Source of the DNA: a virus
Lineage: Duplodnaviria > Caudoviricetes
Strand: one strand, 5' to 3'
Virus record (IMG/VR): IMGVR_UViG_3300042398_001110
Coordinates: 1 to 53,865 of that record
DNA length: 53,865 bases
Shown: positions 1-8,844 of the stretch, one piece after another
How positions within the stretch are numbered: position 1 is the first letter of the stretch
Layout: every line of letters begins with the position of its first letter
Position numbers and translations under genes: made by a program
Notes under the pieces: generated by a model
What the model saw: the letters and a program-made list of their open reading frames with translations, nothing else
What the model was told of the DNA's origin: nothing
Databases searched by the model: none

Positions 1-603
1 CTTGATCCAGAAGTACCACTTGATCCAGAAGTACCACTTGATCCAGAAGTACCACTTGATCCAGATGATCCACTCGTACCGCTTGATCCAGAAGTACCAC
101 TTGATCCAGAAGTACCACTTGATCCAGAAGTACCACTTGATCCAGAAGTACCACTTGATCCAGAAGTACCACTTGATCCAGATGATCCACTCGTACCGCT
201 TGATCCAGAAGTGCCACTTGATCCAGAAGTACCACTTGATCCAGATGATCCACTCGTACCGCTTGATCCAGAAGTACCACTTGATCCAGATGATCCACTC
301 GTACCGCTTGATCCAGAAGTGCCACTTGATCCAGAAGTGCCACTTGATCCAGAAGTGCCACTTGATCCAGAAGTACCACTTGATCCAGAAGTACCACTTG
401 ATCCAGATGATCCACTCGTACCGCTTGATCCAGAAGTGCCACTTGATCCAGAAGTGCCACTTGATCCAGAAGTGCCACTTGATCCAGAAGTACCACTTGA
501 TCCAGAAGTACCACTTGATCCAGATGTGCCTGAGCTACCACTGGTTCCACTACTTCCGCTTGTACCACTTGATCCGCTTGTTCCAGAAGAACCACTTGTT
601 CCA
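1..603 (-). repeat. Coding 18-bp tandem repeat (cttgatccagaagtacca and variants) encoding (GTSGSS)n
   Basis: Directly visible 18-nt period with synonymous variants. Confidence 0.97.
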
Positions 604-3347
604 GACGGACCTTCTACGCCTTCAACTTTAGTAATTAAAATTCTACTAGCAGGATAATTGTTTCTTACATTTATATTTTGTGACGTCAACTCGTTATGAA
701 AAACATATACTTCAAAATAATCATTATTTGCTAATGTTAGTGTTGAACTAAAATGTGTTACAGGATAATCATCATTGGCTGAAATACTATTATAAGAGTA
801 TCTTGGTTGAGAAGGAGAGGCGCTATTCTTAACTATAAATACTGATCTAGTAGTACCAGCGGTTGCACCATTTGCCCAGCTTATGTAACCATCAATATTT
901 ACAATACAAGATTCTCCAGAACTATTTGTAAATCTATTTGATGAAGTAAAAGTTAAACCAGTATTTCCTTGACTATTTGCAGTATCAACAGTATTCCAAT
1001 CTACTATAGTATCTGTACTCGGAAGTATTGTTTGAGCGGTATTATTATATTTAGCTAAAGAGCTTGCTTGTGTTGCTGTTCCACTAGTTCCTGATGATCC
1101 ACTTGTACCTGACGATCCGCTTGTTCCACTTGATCCACTTGATCCGCTTGTTCCTGATGAACCAGAAGTTCCGCTTAAAGGAGAAATTTCAACACCACGA
1201 AAAGTTAATACATTTGCAGTTGTATTTGTTAACGCGAATAAAATCGGCTTAGAAATTGTTCCATAGGCAGAAGGCTCAACTGGTTGCCATGTCCCAGGAG
1301 TAAGTTCATTTAAAAAATAAATAGCCCCAGCAGTCAAACCCGTCAAACCATTTATTAATCCATCTATTACTACTTTAAAAGTATCTCCATTTACTGATTT
1401 AACGACACCCAATACTTCTGCATTTGCGGCGCTGTCTGCTTGCGCTTTAAAATAATTTGTCCCTCCTGCGTATCCGATAACATCACCAACACTAAAACCA
1501 TGACCAACTTTTGTAAACTCTTCAATTAAAGAAGTGCCGCTCCCTGTATCTAATTGTTTTTTTACAATGTTATCTTCAACTACTAATTTATATAAATTTT
1601 CTGAAGTTGTTGTTGTTGGTAATTCAGTAAATACTAAATCATTACTACTATTATAATACAACGTACCTGTTGTTAATGTATCCGAATCAGAGAATTTTGG
1701 TATATATCCACTAACACCAGATCCATCAATTACTTTTTTACCACTTAACGGACTAAGATTTATTATGTTATTTACGTATCCAGAAGATATATAAAAAAGA
1801 TCAGAAAATTCTGAGACTACTTCATCACTATTTATTGCGCGAACTTTAACAAAATAATCGTTTTGTTCGTTTACGGGAAAAATAAAACTTGGATCAATAG
1901 GCGAATAAGTAAAATCAGCAAAACCAGTTATTCTTTTTGCCATGCAAATACCAGTATTGTAGTCACCCAAATAAGTTAATCCCGTACTATTTAAAGACGT
2001 ATTAGTTAAGTATCTAGAATCAGAATACGTTCCTGTATAAATCGTACCAGTATAATGTCCCCCAGAAGGTAAAAAATTAAAAGAGTTATTACCTGTATAA
2101 CCATAAGATAAAAATACTTCATTATTATTAGAACTACCAGAAGGCACTCTAATTTCAGTAATATATTTTAAACCTCCCGAATACTCTTCATAAAGTCCAG
2201 TAGGAAATGAACCGAAATTATCTACATATATCGTATGATCAGACCATTGTATTCCCGAAGATCCATAATTTTGAAAAATAGACCCACTAGAACTCATTCC
2301 TGTGCCGGTTCCAAATTGTAAATCGCCTATATTTTCAATCGATCTATTTTGTAAAAAGTAATCGTATTTATTTTTATTTTTACCGCTTTCTTCCACTAAT
2401 ATATGGAAACTACAATCTTGAGATTGAGTTATTGAATCCCATTTAATAAAAGCATTTAGATTTAAATCTTTTGACTTATCATTAAAGTCGAAATAAACAT
2501 AACCAGTTATATTTTCAATTTTTTCTGGCAAGCTGGTATTAGGGGACGGTTTTATTCCTGAAGAGGTAATTAAGGCACCTGTTTCAAAATAATTTGAAGG
2601 CAATAAATGAACATAGTATGGTTCTCTTATTGCATTATCAAAAACATTAGCAACAGAATTTAAACTCAACAAATCCGGTATTTGTATAGAATCAATATCT
2701 GGAAAAGTTGCTGTGTAATTATACAAGTAATTAGCATTACCTAAATCAAAATCTGAATCGTTAGTTACAAAAACATTTACATTTTTTATAGAATTTTTAT
2801 CAGAATATTCTAAAGACAAAAATGAAGATGAAAAAGTCCCCGCAGATATAGAAGAAACACTTAAAGTTGATGATGGGAAATTTATTAAAGCAACACCAGT
2901 GCTATACAACCCCGAAACACTAACAGAAACCACATCAATAAAAAACTGATTTAAATCTATTAAATTATTTTGCCCAGTTAAAAGCGTAAAAATTTCTTTA
3001 ATATCGCTTGTATTTTTTGAATACTCTGTTATGTTAAATTGTACTGGATCTTGATATAATAAATTTCTATTTATATCATAATAATTAGCAAAAAATCCAG
3101 AAAAACCATCGTCTATAACGACACCTGAAATTATATTTTTAGATATAGGTTTTTCAGTTTGCCACTTTAAATATATTTTTTCTTGCCTTAAAGATCCACT
3201 AACCAAAACCGTTGAATTATCAAAATTAAAAGTCGAAACTGGAAGGTTAGCATCATATGTTGATAAATTATTATCGAAAGAAAAAACTAAGTTTTTTATT
3301 AAAAACGGTTCCGAATAATTTATATCAATATTTTCTATAAAAGCCAT
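1..3347 (-). CDS. Large virion structural/fibre protein with Gly-X-Y (GTS-GSS) repeats; truncated by the window edge (>1115 aa); absent from the ORF track
   Basis: ATG at 3347 (MAFIENIDINYSEPF...) directly after gpJ. The frame is open at the points I checked and down to position 1. It contains FN3-like YFVKVRAIN, an HGFSVGD...AQADSAANAEVLG domain (~1186-1530) and SGTSGS repeats (1-603, ~1079-1176). Confidence 0.88.
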   Translation of the reverse strand, partial: MAFIENIDINYSEPFLIKNLVFSFDNNLSTYDANLPVSTFNFDNSTVLVSGSLRQEKIYLKWQTEKPISKNIISGVVIDDGFSGFFANYYDINRNLLYQDPVQFNITEYSKNTSDIKEIFTLLTGQNNLIDLNQFFIDVVSVSVSGLYSTGVALINFPSSTLSVSSISAGTFSSSFLSLEYSDKNSIKNVNVFVTNDSDFDLGNANYLYNYTATFPDIDSIQIPDLLSLNSVANVFDNAIREPYYVHLLPSNYFETGALITSSGIKPSPNTSLPEKIENITGYVYFDFNDKSKDLNLNAFIKWDSITQSQDCSFHILVEESGKNKNKYDYFLQNRSIENIGDLQFGTGTGMSSSGSIFQNYGSSGIQWSDHTIYVDNFGSFPTGLYEEYSGGLKYITEIRVPSGSSNNNEVFLSYGYTGNNSFNFLPSGGHYTGTIYTGTYSDSRYLTNTSLNSTGLTYLGDYNTGICMAKRITGFADFTYSPIDPSFIFPVNEQNDYFVKVRAINSDEVVSEFSDLFYISSGYVNNIINLSPLSGKKVIDGSGVSGYIPKFSDSDTLTTGTLYYNSSNDLVFTELPTTTTSENLYKLVVEDNIVKKQLDTGSGTSLIEEFTKVGHGFSVGDVIGYAGGTNYFKAQADSAANAEVLGVVKSVNGDTFKVVIDGLINGLTGLTAGAIYFLNELTPGTWQPVEPSAYGTISKPILFALTNTTANVLTFRGVEISPLSGTSGSSGTSGSSGSSGTSGSSGTSGSSGTSGTATQASSLAKYNNTAQTILPSTDTIVDWNTVDTANSQGNTGLTFTSSNRFTNSSGESCIVNIDGYISWANGATAGTTRSVFIVKNSASPSQPRYSYNSISANDDYPVTHFSSTLTLANNDYFEVYVFHNELTSQNINVRNNYPASRILITKVEGVEGPSGTSGSSGTSGSSGTSGSSGTSGSSGTSGSSGTSGSSGTSGSSGTSGSSGTSGSSGTSGSSGTSGSSGSSGTSGSSGTSGSSGTSGSSGTSGSSGTSGSSGTSGSSGSSGTSGSSGTSGSSGSSGTSGSSGTSGSSGTSGSSGSSGTSGSSGTSGSSGTSGSSGTSGSSGTSGSSGTSGSSGSSGTSGSSGTSGSSGTSGS

Positions 3348-3355
3348 ATAGTTAA

Positions 3356-3361
3356 TTACAC
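3356..3361 (-). promoter_or_regulatory. GTGTAA motif 8 nt upstream of ATG 3347 (putative late promoter element)
   Basis: Recurrent motif at near-fixed spacing before start codons. Overlaps the gpJ stop codon; context TTTAACGTGTAA is identical to that before the TMP. Confidence 0.6.
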
Positions 3362-6300
3362 GTTAAAAATTTTATAATTTGAATCGAACGCATAAAAATC
3401 TACAGATGTTTTAAACGTTTGACCGCCTACTTGAATTTCGCCTAAAAAGACAGTTATAAAATTTGCGTTAGATTTTAAAACATTAAAACTAAGTTTTTTT
3501 CCATTTCTATTGATTATACACATGATACCAAAAACATCTTTTGCGCCCCTATCTTGCAAAATATTAAATAGTTGAATAAAATTTATTTGCGCGTATTCGA
3601 ATTGGTTATTTTGAAAATCATCATTTAGCGTTTGCTTTTCTATGTAAAAAGTATAATCATAATCAATAGATACCGCTGCTTCATAATTAGCTGGAAAAAC
3701 TTTAAAATTAGTTACCAACTCTGAATCACTAAAAATTTCATTAATTACTTTATCGTTGGAAAAAACAATTTGTTTTTCTTTGCTTTGGTTTTGTTTTACA
3801 TAAGAATTGTTTTCGATAATATTAAACTTTTCTTCTTCGTATTTCATTGCAGAAAAAGAATATTCATTAGAAGAAACTTCGTTTATGCTTATTATTTTAT
3901 ACAAATCGTTTTGAGAGTCCTCTTCGTTAATATAAATAGCAAAATTAACGCCAGATCTTAAATTTGAGTATTTACCATATATTACGTCTGGATATTTTGA
4001 AAAAAGAATATTTTTAATTACTGTATACGAATAAGTCATCGCTACGACTCCGTGTAATGGCTTCCCTTTAGTTGTAGTAAATACGTTAACTGGGCCATAA
4101 ACTAAAGTTTGATTTCTATAGTATCTTACATACTCTCCATCATATGTAATTTTTAATACATCAGTTTCTTTAACGCTATTATCAGCCACAATTAAACTTT
4201 GCGGCGTATTGTTTTGTAGAATTGATAAAACAGCGGTTCCTCCACCTGTGATTTGAAATCCATAATTTATGTCGCTTTGATCTACTTTTGGATTATTTAT
4301 TGTTGATAAACCAACGACGCTAACATGAAGCGCAGGAGAAACAACAGAAAAAGATATTTGACAATCATCAACAAAACTGTTATTAGTATAAGCTTTTTTA
4401 TCGAAAATGACACCAGTTCCTCCTCCCGTAAGTTTCAATCCATCGTCTTCTACGACAATCGATTTAACAATAAACCAACTCATATAAGCATGAGAAACTA
4501 TTTTTAAACGCAAATTATGATTATCCACTTCTAGAACTGAAAAATTAAATTCTGAAACCACATTATCTACACTAGAATAAATTTTAACACTTTTACCCAA
4601 ACAATTTTCAGAAACCTCTCTATCAATATATATATAGTTATTTTTGAAATCCAATTCAGTTATTTTTCCAAAAACCATAGAAGCATTTTTAAGATTATCT
4701 GATATTCTTATAACATTTCCTATTTGCAATTGAGTTGCTTCTATGCCAGTTGAAAAACCTACTATTTCAGACTCCAATTTACCAGTAGAAAGATACCATT
4801 TACCTATTCTTTGAGCTTCAGATTTACTCGTTATACCAAAACTTAAAATCTCTTTTTCAACTACTCCAAACTTTCTAATTAAATCAGAGTCTTCTACATA
4901 AATAATTTTATCTTTAAAGTTATCGTTTTTATCTAAATAAGGAACTTTAGCTATTGAAAAAGAATTATTCAAATCTCCAGAAGCGTATGTAAATAAACCA
5001 TCTTTTACATTTGAATTAGTAAAAATATAAACCGGATTTTGCTTAACATCTGAAGTTAAATTAAGCAAGCCATTTTTAAAATAAAAAATTCCTCTAAAAA
5101 TAGAAGCAAGATCAGTCAATGTTTTCAAACCTTCATTTTCATTATTTATAAGAACGTTGCATGAGAAACGCGGTTCTAAGTATTCGTTATAACCAACATG
5201 TTTCGCCACGCAAGAGCCTTTATTTACGTTTAATGATGTATCAAATATTTTCTTGCTCATGTGCGACACACTGACATCCACATCTTGAGATTTAAAACTC
5301 AAATTCAAGCCAGTAATACCAAGAAAAAATTTAAGAATAAAAATTTTAATTTTATCTTCAACGTTTTCTGTAGGATTCGATTTTAAATATTTAATTAATT
5401 CTGTAAACAATATACCTTTTAAATCTTGTTCTAATATTTTTTTTGGACCAAAATCATTACATAGTTTTAAAACGACTGTAGTACTAGTTGGCTTAGAGAC
5501 AGAACAAATGATTTTCTTATAATTATATTTTATGTCTTCATCAAGTTTATTTTTTAAATCATATAAATACACTATAGAACCAAAAGGATATCTTTCTTGC
5601 AGTTTTTCTAATGTTTCTGTCGATGCTACAGTAAATGAAATTGAATTATAATTTAAATCTTGTATTGATAACGAATTATCAAAAGAAAATACATCTGAAT
5701 TATATTTACTATTTGAATATGTTTTAACCAGTTCATCGCAAAATTTTGATAAAGTTAAAAACTGCCATTTGTTTAGATCTATTTCGTTTATTTGACCTTT
5801 TCCTAATCCATATCTACTATTAGAACAAAGATCATAAAACACCCAAGCTGGATTATTAGTCCATATTAAATTTTTATTAAAAATACCCGACCAATTGTTA
5901 GTATATTCTCTGACTTCGCCATCATAATTTTCTGGAACTTTAATTTTTAGAAGCTTGCAATCGTAAGATCTAACTGGAATATTATTAAAATGCCTTGAAC
6001 TCACTGAATTGTAAACAAGAGCAGAATAAGGGAAAGAAAATGGATATGATATATTTTCTATTACTGAGTCTAATGATATAGATCTTTCTATTTGAGTTTC
6101 ACCACCAGAAGGAGGTTTAGGTAATAAACTATAGATATTTATTACTATTTCTGGAAAATTTATATTTTGTTTGTCAGAGCTGTCTAATTCAACTTTGAAC
6201 GGAACCATGATTGCCCCACCTTTAGCAACTAAATTACAACTACAAAATAAATAATAATTTTTATTACTAGACTTATTTTCAACATTAATTATAAAAATCG

Positions 6301-6907
6301 CCGATGTAGCTGATGTACCTGCGCTATTCACCGAAAACAATTGATCCAAACTAATATTAACATCAAAAGAATCAGAATATTTATTTTGAACAACATGACT
6401 GACTGTAAACGCATAATCTTTAGCTTTTATATAACTTTGAAATTTTGTATCTTTTGTGTCGTCCTCAAAAAAGATTGTTGCAATGTTGCTTAGTACCGTA
6501 CCTGTTAAATCAACTTTTACATCATTAAGACCCGCTACTTTATACGAACCCTTTGAAAAATCATAAATTTTACTTTTATATGTGTAGATAGCTCTAGAAA
6601 ATAATACATTATTTTTAAATTGATTTCCAAAAGAAACCGCAAATGAAGACTGAGAAAAATTATAAAGATTAGTTTTTTTATCTACAAGAGGTATATCATT
6701 ATAATATATAGCTTTGCCCAAAACATTTGATTTGGTTTTAACGTTTATGTAATCTACAGAGTTCCCATTAGAATCAACAAAGCCTTCAATCGGACCTTCG
6801 CATAAAAGATCTATAGCATCATATTTAGATTCAGTTTCTAAAGTCTGATTTATCTGATTTGTATTGTTTATAAATGTACTTATTATAGGATCAACAGAAA
6901 TTTTCAT
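3356..6907 (-). CDS. Central tail fibre / host-specificity protein, lambda gpJ-like
   Basis: DLLCEGPIEG, FPYSALV, KIKVPENYD, WTNNPAWVFYDL..N.RYGLG and EPRFSCN motifs; position after gpI. Confidence 0.92.
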   Translation of the reverse strand: MKISVDPIISTFINNTNQINQTLETESKYDAIDLLCEGPIEGFVDSNGNSVDYINVKTKSNVLGKAIYYNDIPLVDKKTNLYNFSQSSFAVSFGNQFKNNVLFSRAIYTYKSKIYDFSKGSYKVAGLNDVKVDLTGTVLSNIATIFFEDDTKDTKFQSYIKAKDYAFTVSHVVQNKYSDSFDVNISLDQLFSVNSAGTSATSAIFIINVENKSSNKNYYLFCSCNLVAKGGAIMVPFKVELDSSDKQNINFPEIVINIYSLLPKPPSGGETQIERSISLDSVIENISYPFSFPYSALVYNSVSSRHFNNIPVRSYDCKLLKIKVPENYDGEVREYTNNWSGIFNKNLIWTNNPAWVFYDLCSNSRYGLGKGQINEIDLNKWQFLTLSKFCDELVKTYSNSKYNSDVFSFDNSLSIQDLNYNSISFTVASTETLEKLQERYPFGSIVYLYDLKNKLDEDIKYNYKKIICSVSKPTSTTVVLKLCNDFGPKKILEQDLKGILFTELIKYLKSNPTENVEDKIKIFILKFFLGITGLNLSFKSQDVDVSVSHMSKKIFDTSLNVNKGSCVAKHVGYNEYLEPRFSCNVLINNENEGLKTLTDLASIFRGIFYFKNGLLNLTSDVKQNPVYIFTNSNVKDGLFTYASGDLNNSFSIAKVPYLDKNDNFKDKIIYVEDSDLIRKFGVVEKEILSFGITSKSEAQRIGKWYLSTGKLESEIVGFSTGIEATQLQIGNVIRISDNLKNASMVFGKITELDFKNNYIYIDREVSENCLGKSVKIYSSVDNVVSEFNFSVLEVDNHNLRLKIVSHAYMSWFIVKSIVVEDDGLKLTGGGTGVIFDKKAYTNNSFVDDCQISFSVVSPALHVSVVGLSTINNPKVDQSDINYGFQITGGGTAVLSILQNNTPQSLIVADNSVKETDVLKITYDGEYVRYYRNQTLVYGPVNVFTTTKGKPLHGVVAMTYSYTVIKNILFSKYPDVIYGKYSNLRSGVNFAIYINEEDSQNDLYKIISINEVSSNEYSFSAMKYEEEKFNIIENNSYVKQNQSKEKQIVFSNDKVINEIFSDSELVTNFKVFPANYEAAVSIDYDYTFYIEKQTLNDDFQNNQFEYAQINFIQLFNILQDRGAKDVFGIMCIINRNGKKLSFNVLKSNANFITVFLGEIQVGGQTFKTSVDFYAFDSNYKIFNV

Positions 6908-6912
6908 AAAAA

Positions 6913-7482
6913 TTAAGGAGCGTCTCTACGTTCAAAGTTTTGTTCTTGAATTGCTCTGTAAAAGCTTGAAAGTTCAGAATTTTTATCTTCATTTCGAATA
7001 ACAAAACTAATACTATTAGCTATTATAATAGATCCTATTTTTAATCTTCCATACCCTATTGGAATAGCAACATTTCTTAAAGACACATTTTCGTAACTAG
7101 AAAACAATCTAGAAACAGTTTTAATATCAATAGGTGACTTTGGAGTTAATAATTTTGTTATTAACATCTGAATTCCTGTCGAAATAGCCAATAATATTAA
7201 ACCAATTAATATTTCAGTACCAGCGCCTAAAATAAGAGGAACAATCTCTATTTTAGATTTTTTGTGTAAAATAGGTGAATTAATATATTCTGGAGGCATG
7301 ATTTCGCCATCAACATAAATTATAAAATGAGTTATATACTCATTTAATACGCCTAATGTAGATATCAATTTATTTGAATTAGCTTCTATGGCTTCAAAAG
7401 CTTCTAAAACCGATGAAACATTCAAATTCCATTCCGTATCTATAAAATTTTCAAAAATTCCATTTAATTTTATATTCACCAT
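6913..7482 (-). CDS. Tail assembly protein, lambda gpI-like (ubiquitin-like N-terminus)
   Basis: IKLNG...EAFEAIEAN, IEIVPLILGAG followed by a hydrophobic stretch, IPIGYGRLKIGS; between K and J. Confidence 0.88.
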   Translation of the reverse strand: MVNIKLNGIFENFIDTEWNLNVSSVLEAFEAIEANSNKLISTLGVLNEYITHFIIYVDGEIMPPEYINSPILHKKSKIEIVPLILGAGTEILIGLILLAISTGIQMLITKLLTPKSPIDIKTVSRLFSSYENVSLRNVAIPIGYGRLKIGSIIIANSISFVIRNEDKNSELSSFYRAIQEQNFERRDAP

Positions 7483-7486
7483 ATTA

Positions 7487-7819
7487 TTATTTACACTTCA
7501 TTTCTTTAAATTCTTCAGATTTTACGTTGTATAACAACATATTCATATTATGATATTTTTGTTGCAAAATGTCTAATTCTGAAAAAAATGCATTATCAAT
7601 ATGGCTATGAAAAAAATATAAAATCTTATGGTTGTTTTTTATGTTCAGATAGTCTTTGGGAGACACTAGAAAAAAATTTTTCTCATCTGGATGCTTATTT
7701 TCTGTTTTAATAAAAAACAAATCGTCTTTTTCAAGAACAACGAAACCGCAAACTTCTTTGTGACAATTTGCTACGCTATAATTTTTTATTTCAGCAAGAA
7801 TTTTATCGTTTATTATCAT
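7487..7819 (-). CDS. JAB/MPN metallopeptidase, gpK N-terminal-like (no NlpC/P60 domain)
   Basis: EVCG...FHSH...FSELD JAB motif. Start placed at ATG 7819 (MIINDK) rather than 7870 to reduce the overlap with gpL. Confidence 0.85.
   Translation of the reverse strand: MIINDKILAEIKNYSVANCHKEVCGFVVLEKDDLFFIKTENKHPDEKNFFLVSPKDYLNIKNNHKILYFFHSHIDNAFFSELDILQQKYHNMNMLLYNVKSEEFKEMKCK
7491..7496 (-). promoter_or_regulatory. GTGTAA motif 8 nt upstream of ATG 7482
   Basis: GTGTAAATAATAATATG. Confidence 0.6.
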
Positions 7820-8843
7820 GTGAGAAAGTAGAAGGAAACCCTCCAAATGGTAGAGATCTGCCATCTTCACCTTTTTTTAAAACATAATCTTCAAATCTCA
7901 ATAAGCATCCTTTAAGTGTTTTTGAACATTGATCTTGTTTCCAAATATCAGTATTTAAATCTGGTTGTTTATTGAAAACGCTATCTTCTATACAAACGTA
8001 AAATAAATTCGGTTTATTATTAAAAGACGAAATAGATTCAGTTTTTAAATTTGTTGTGATATTTGGTATGAAATCCAAATAAACAGAATCCCCTTTATTA
8101 TAAGTAGATGTATCAGTCCATTTGCCAGAATAATTTATTGAAGAGAATCCATAATTTTCATTACTTAATGATGTTTTATAGTTAGCTAAAAATACTTTAT
8201 CATTTTCATCGGCAATTGCCATACCAACCATTTTTCCTATTAAATTTGCGGTGTTTGAAACTTGTGTTGTATTTGTAGTTACAGGTCCAGAATAATCCGC
8301 TGTATTACCATAATTACATCCATAGCATCTATATCCCCAAGAACAAGTATCATTTGTGACTTTTCTAGAAGGAATATTGATATTTTGAATATCTATTTTT
8401 GTGGCAAGCTCTAATTCAATAAATTCTTTATTTTCTGATTTTTTTAAATTAATTAAAAATTCATCATATGAAATATACGTTTTAAAGTTAGAAACTCCAA
8501 AAGGGTTTATTCCATCTGAAAAATTAGAGACATCCAAGTCTCTTGCTAATATTTTTTTTCTAATGAAACTTTTACCAATTAAGTCGCCTCTATCTTTTAA
8601 AACATAAGACATGTAATTATTTATGTTAGCAATTTTTAATGTTGGCTTTGGCTGTCTTCCATCCGAAGACGACTCTAAATTTGACAATTCACATGGTATA
8701 AATATATATTCTTGATTTTGAAAAGATATGTTTTTGGAAAAATTTTTAGATCCATGAAATCTTAAATAGCCCTCAAATGATTCTAATTGTATTTCAAAGA
8801 GATCTAAAATTACATAATTGTCTAATTTAAAAAACGTATTCAT
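7803..8843 (-). CDS. Minor tail protein, lambda gpL-like
   Basis: LDLFEI, DGRQPKPTLKIAN, CSWGYRCYGC, CSKTLKGCLLRF and LPFGGFP; Cys pattern typical of the gpL Fe-S site. Confidence 0.92.
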   Translation of the reverse strand: MNTFFKLDNYVILDLFEIQLESFEGYLRFHGSKNFSKNISFQNQEYIFIPCELSNLESSSDGRQPKPTLKIANINNYMSYVLKDRGDLIGKSFIRKKILARDLDVSNFSDGINPFGVSNFKTYISYDEFLINLKKSENKEFIELELATKIDIQNINIPSRKVTNDTCSWGYRCYGCNYGNTADYSGPVTTNTTQVSNTANLIGKMVGMAIADENDKVFLANYKTSLSNENYGFSSINYSGKWTDTSTYNKGDSVYLDFIPNITTNLKTESISSFNNKPNLFYVCIEDSVFNKQPDLNTDIWKQDQCSKTLKGCLLRFEDYVLKKGEDGRSLPFGGFPSTFSHDNKR

Positions 8844-8844
8844 A

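Noticed and set aside
1-603. CRISPR-like or telomere-like arrays at the window ends
   Set aside because: No unique spacers. The period is a multiple of three, variation is mostly synonymous, and the repeats are in frame with protein genes.
2-657. Plus-strand ORFs 2..631 and 211..657 (IQKYHL and PLDPEV repeats)
   Set aside because: Antisense shadows of the stop-free GTSGSS repeat in the real minus-strand gene.
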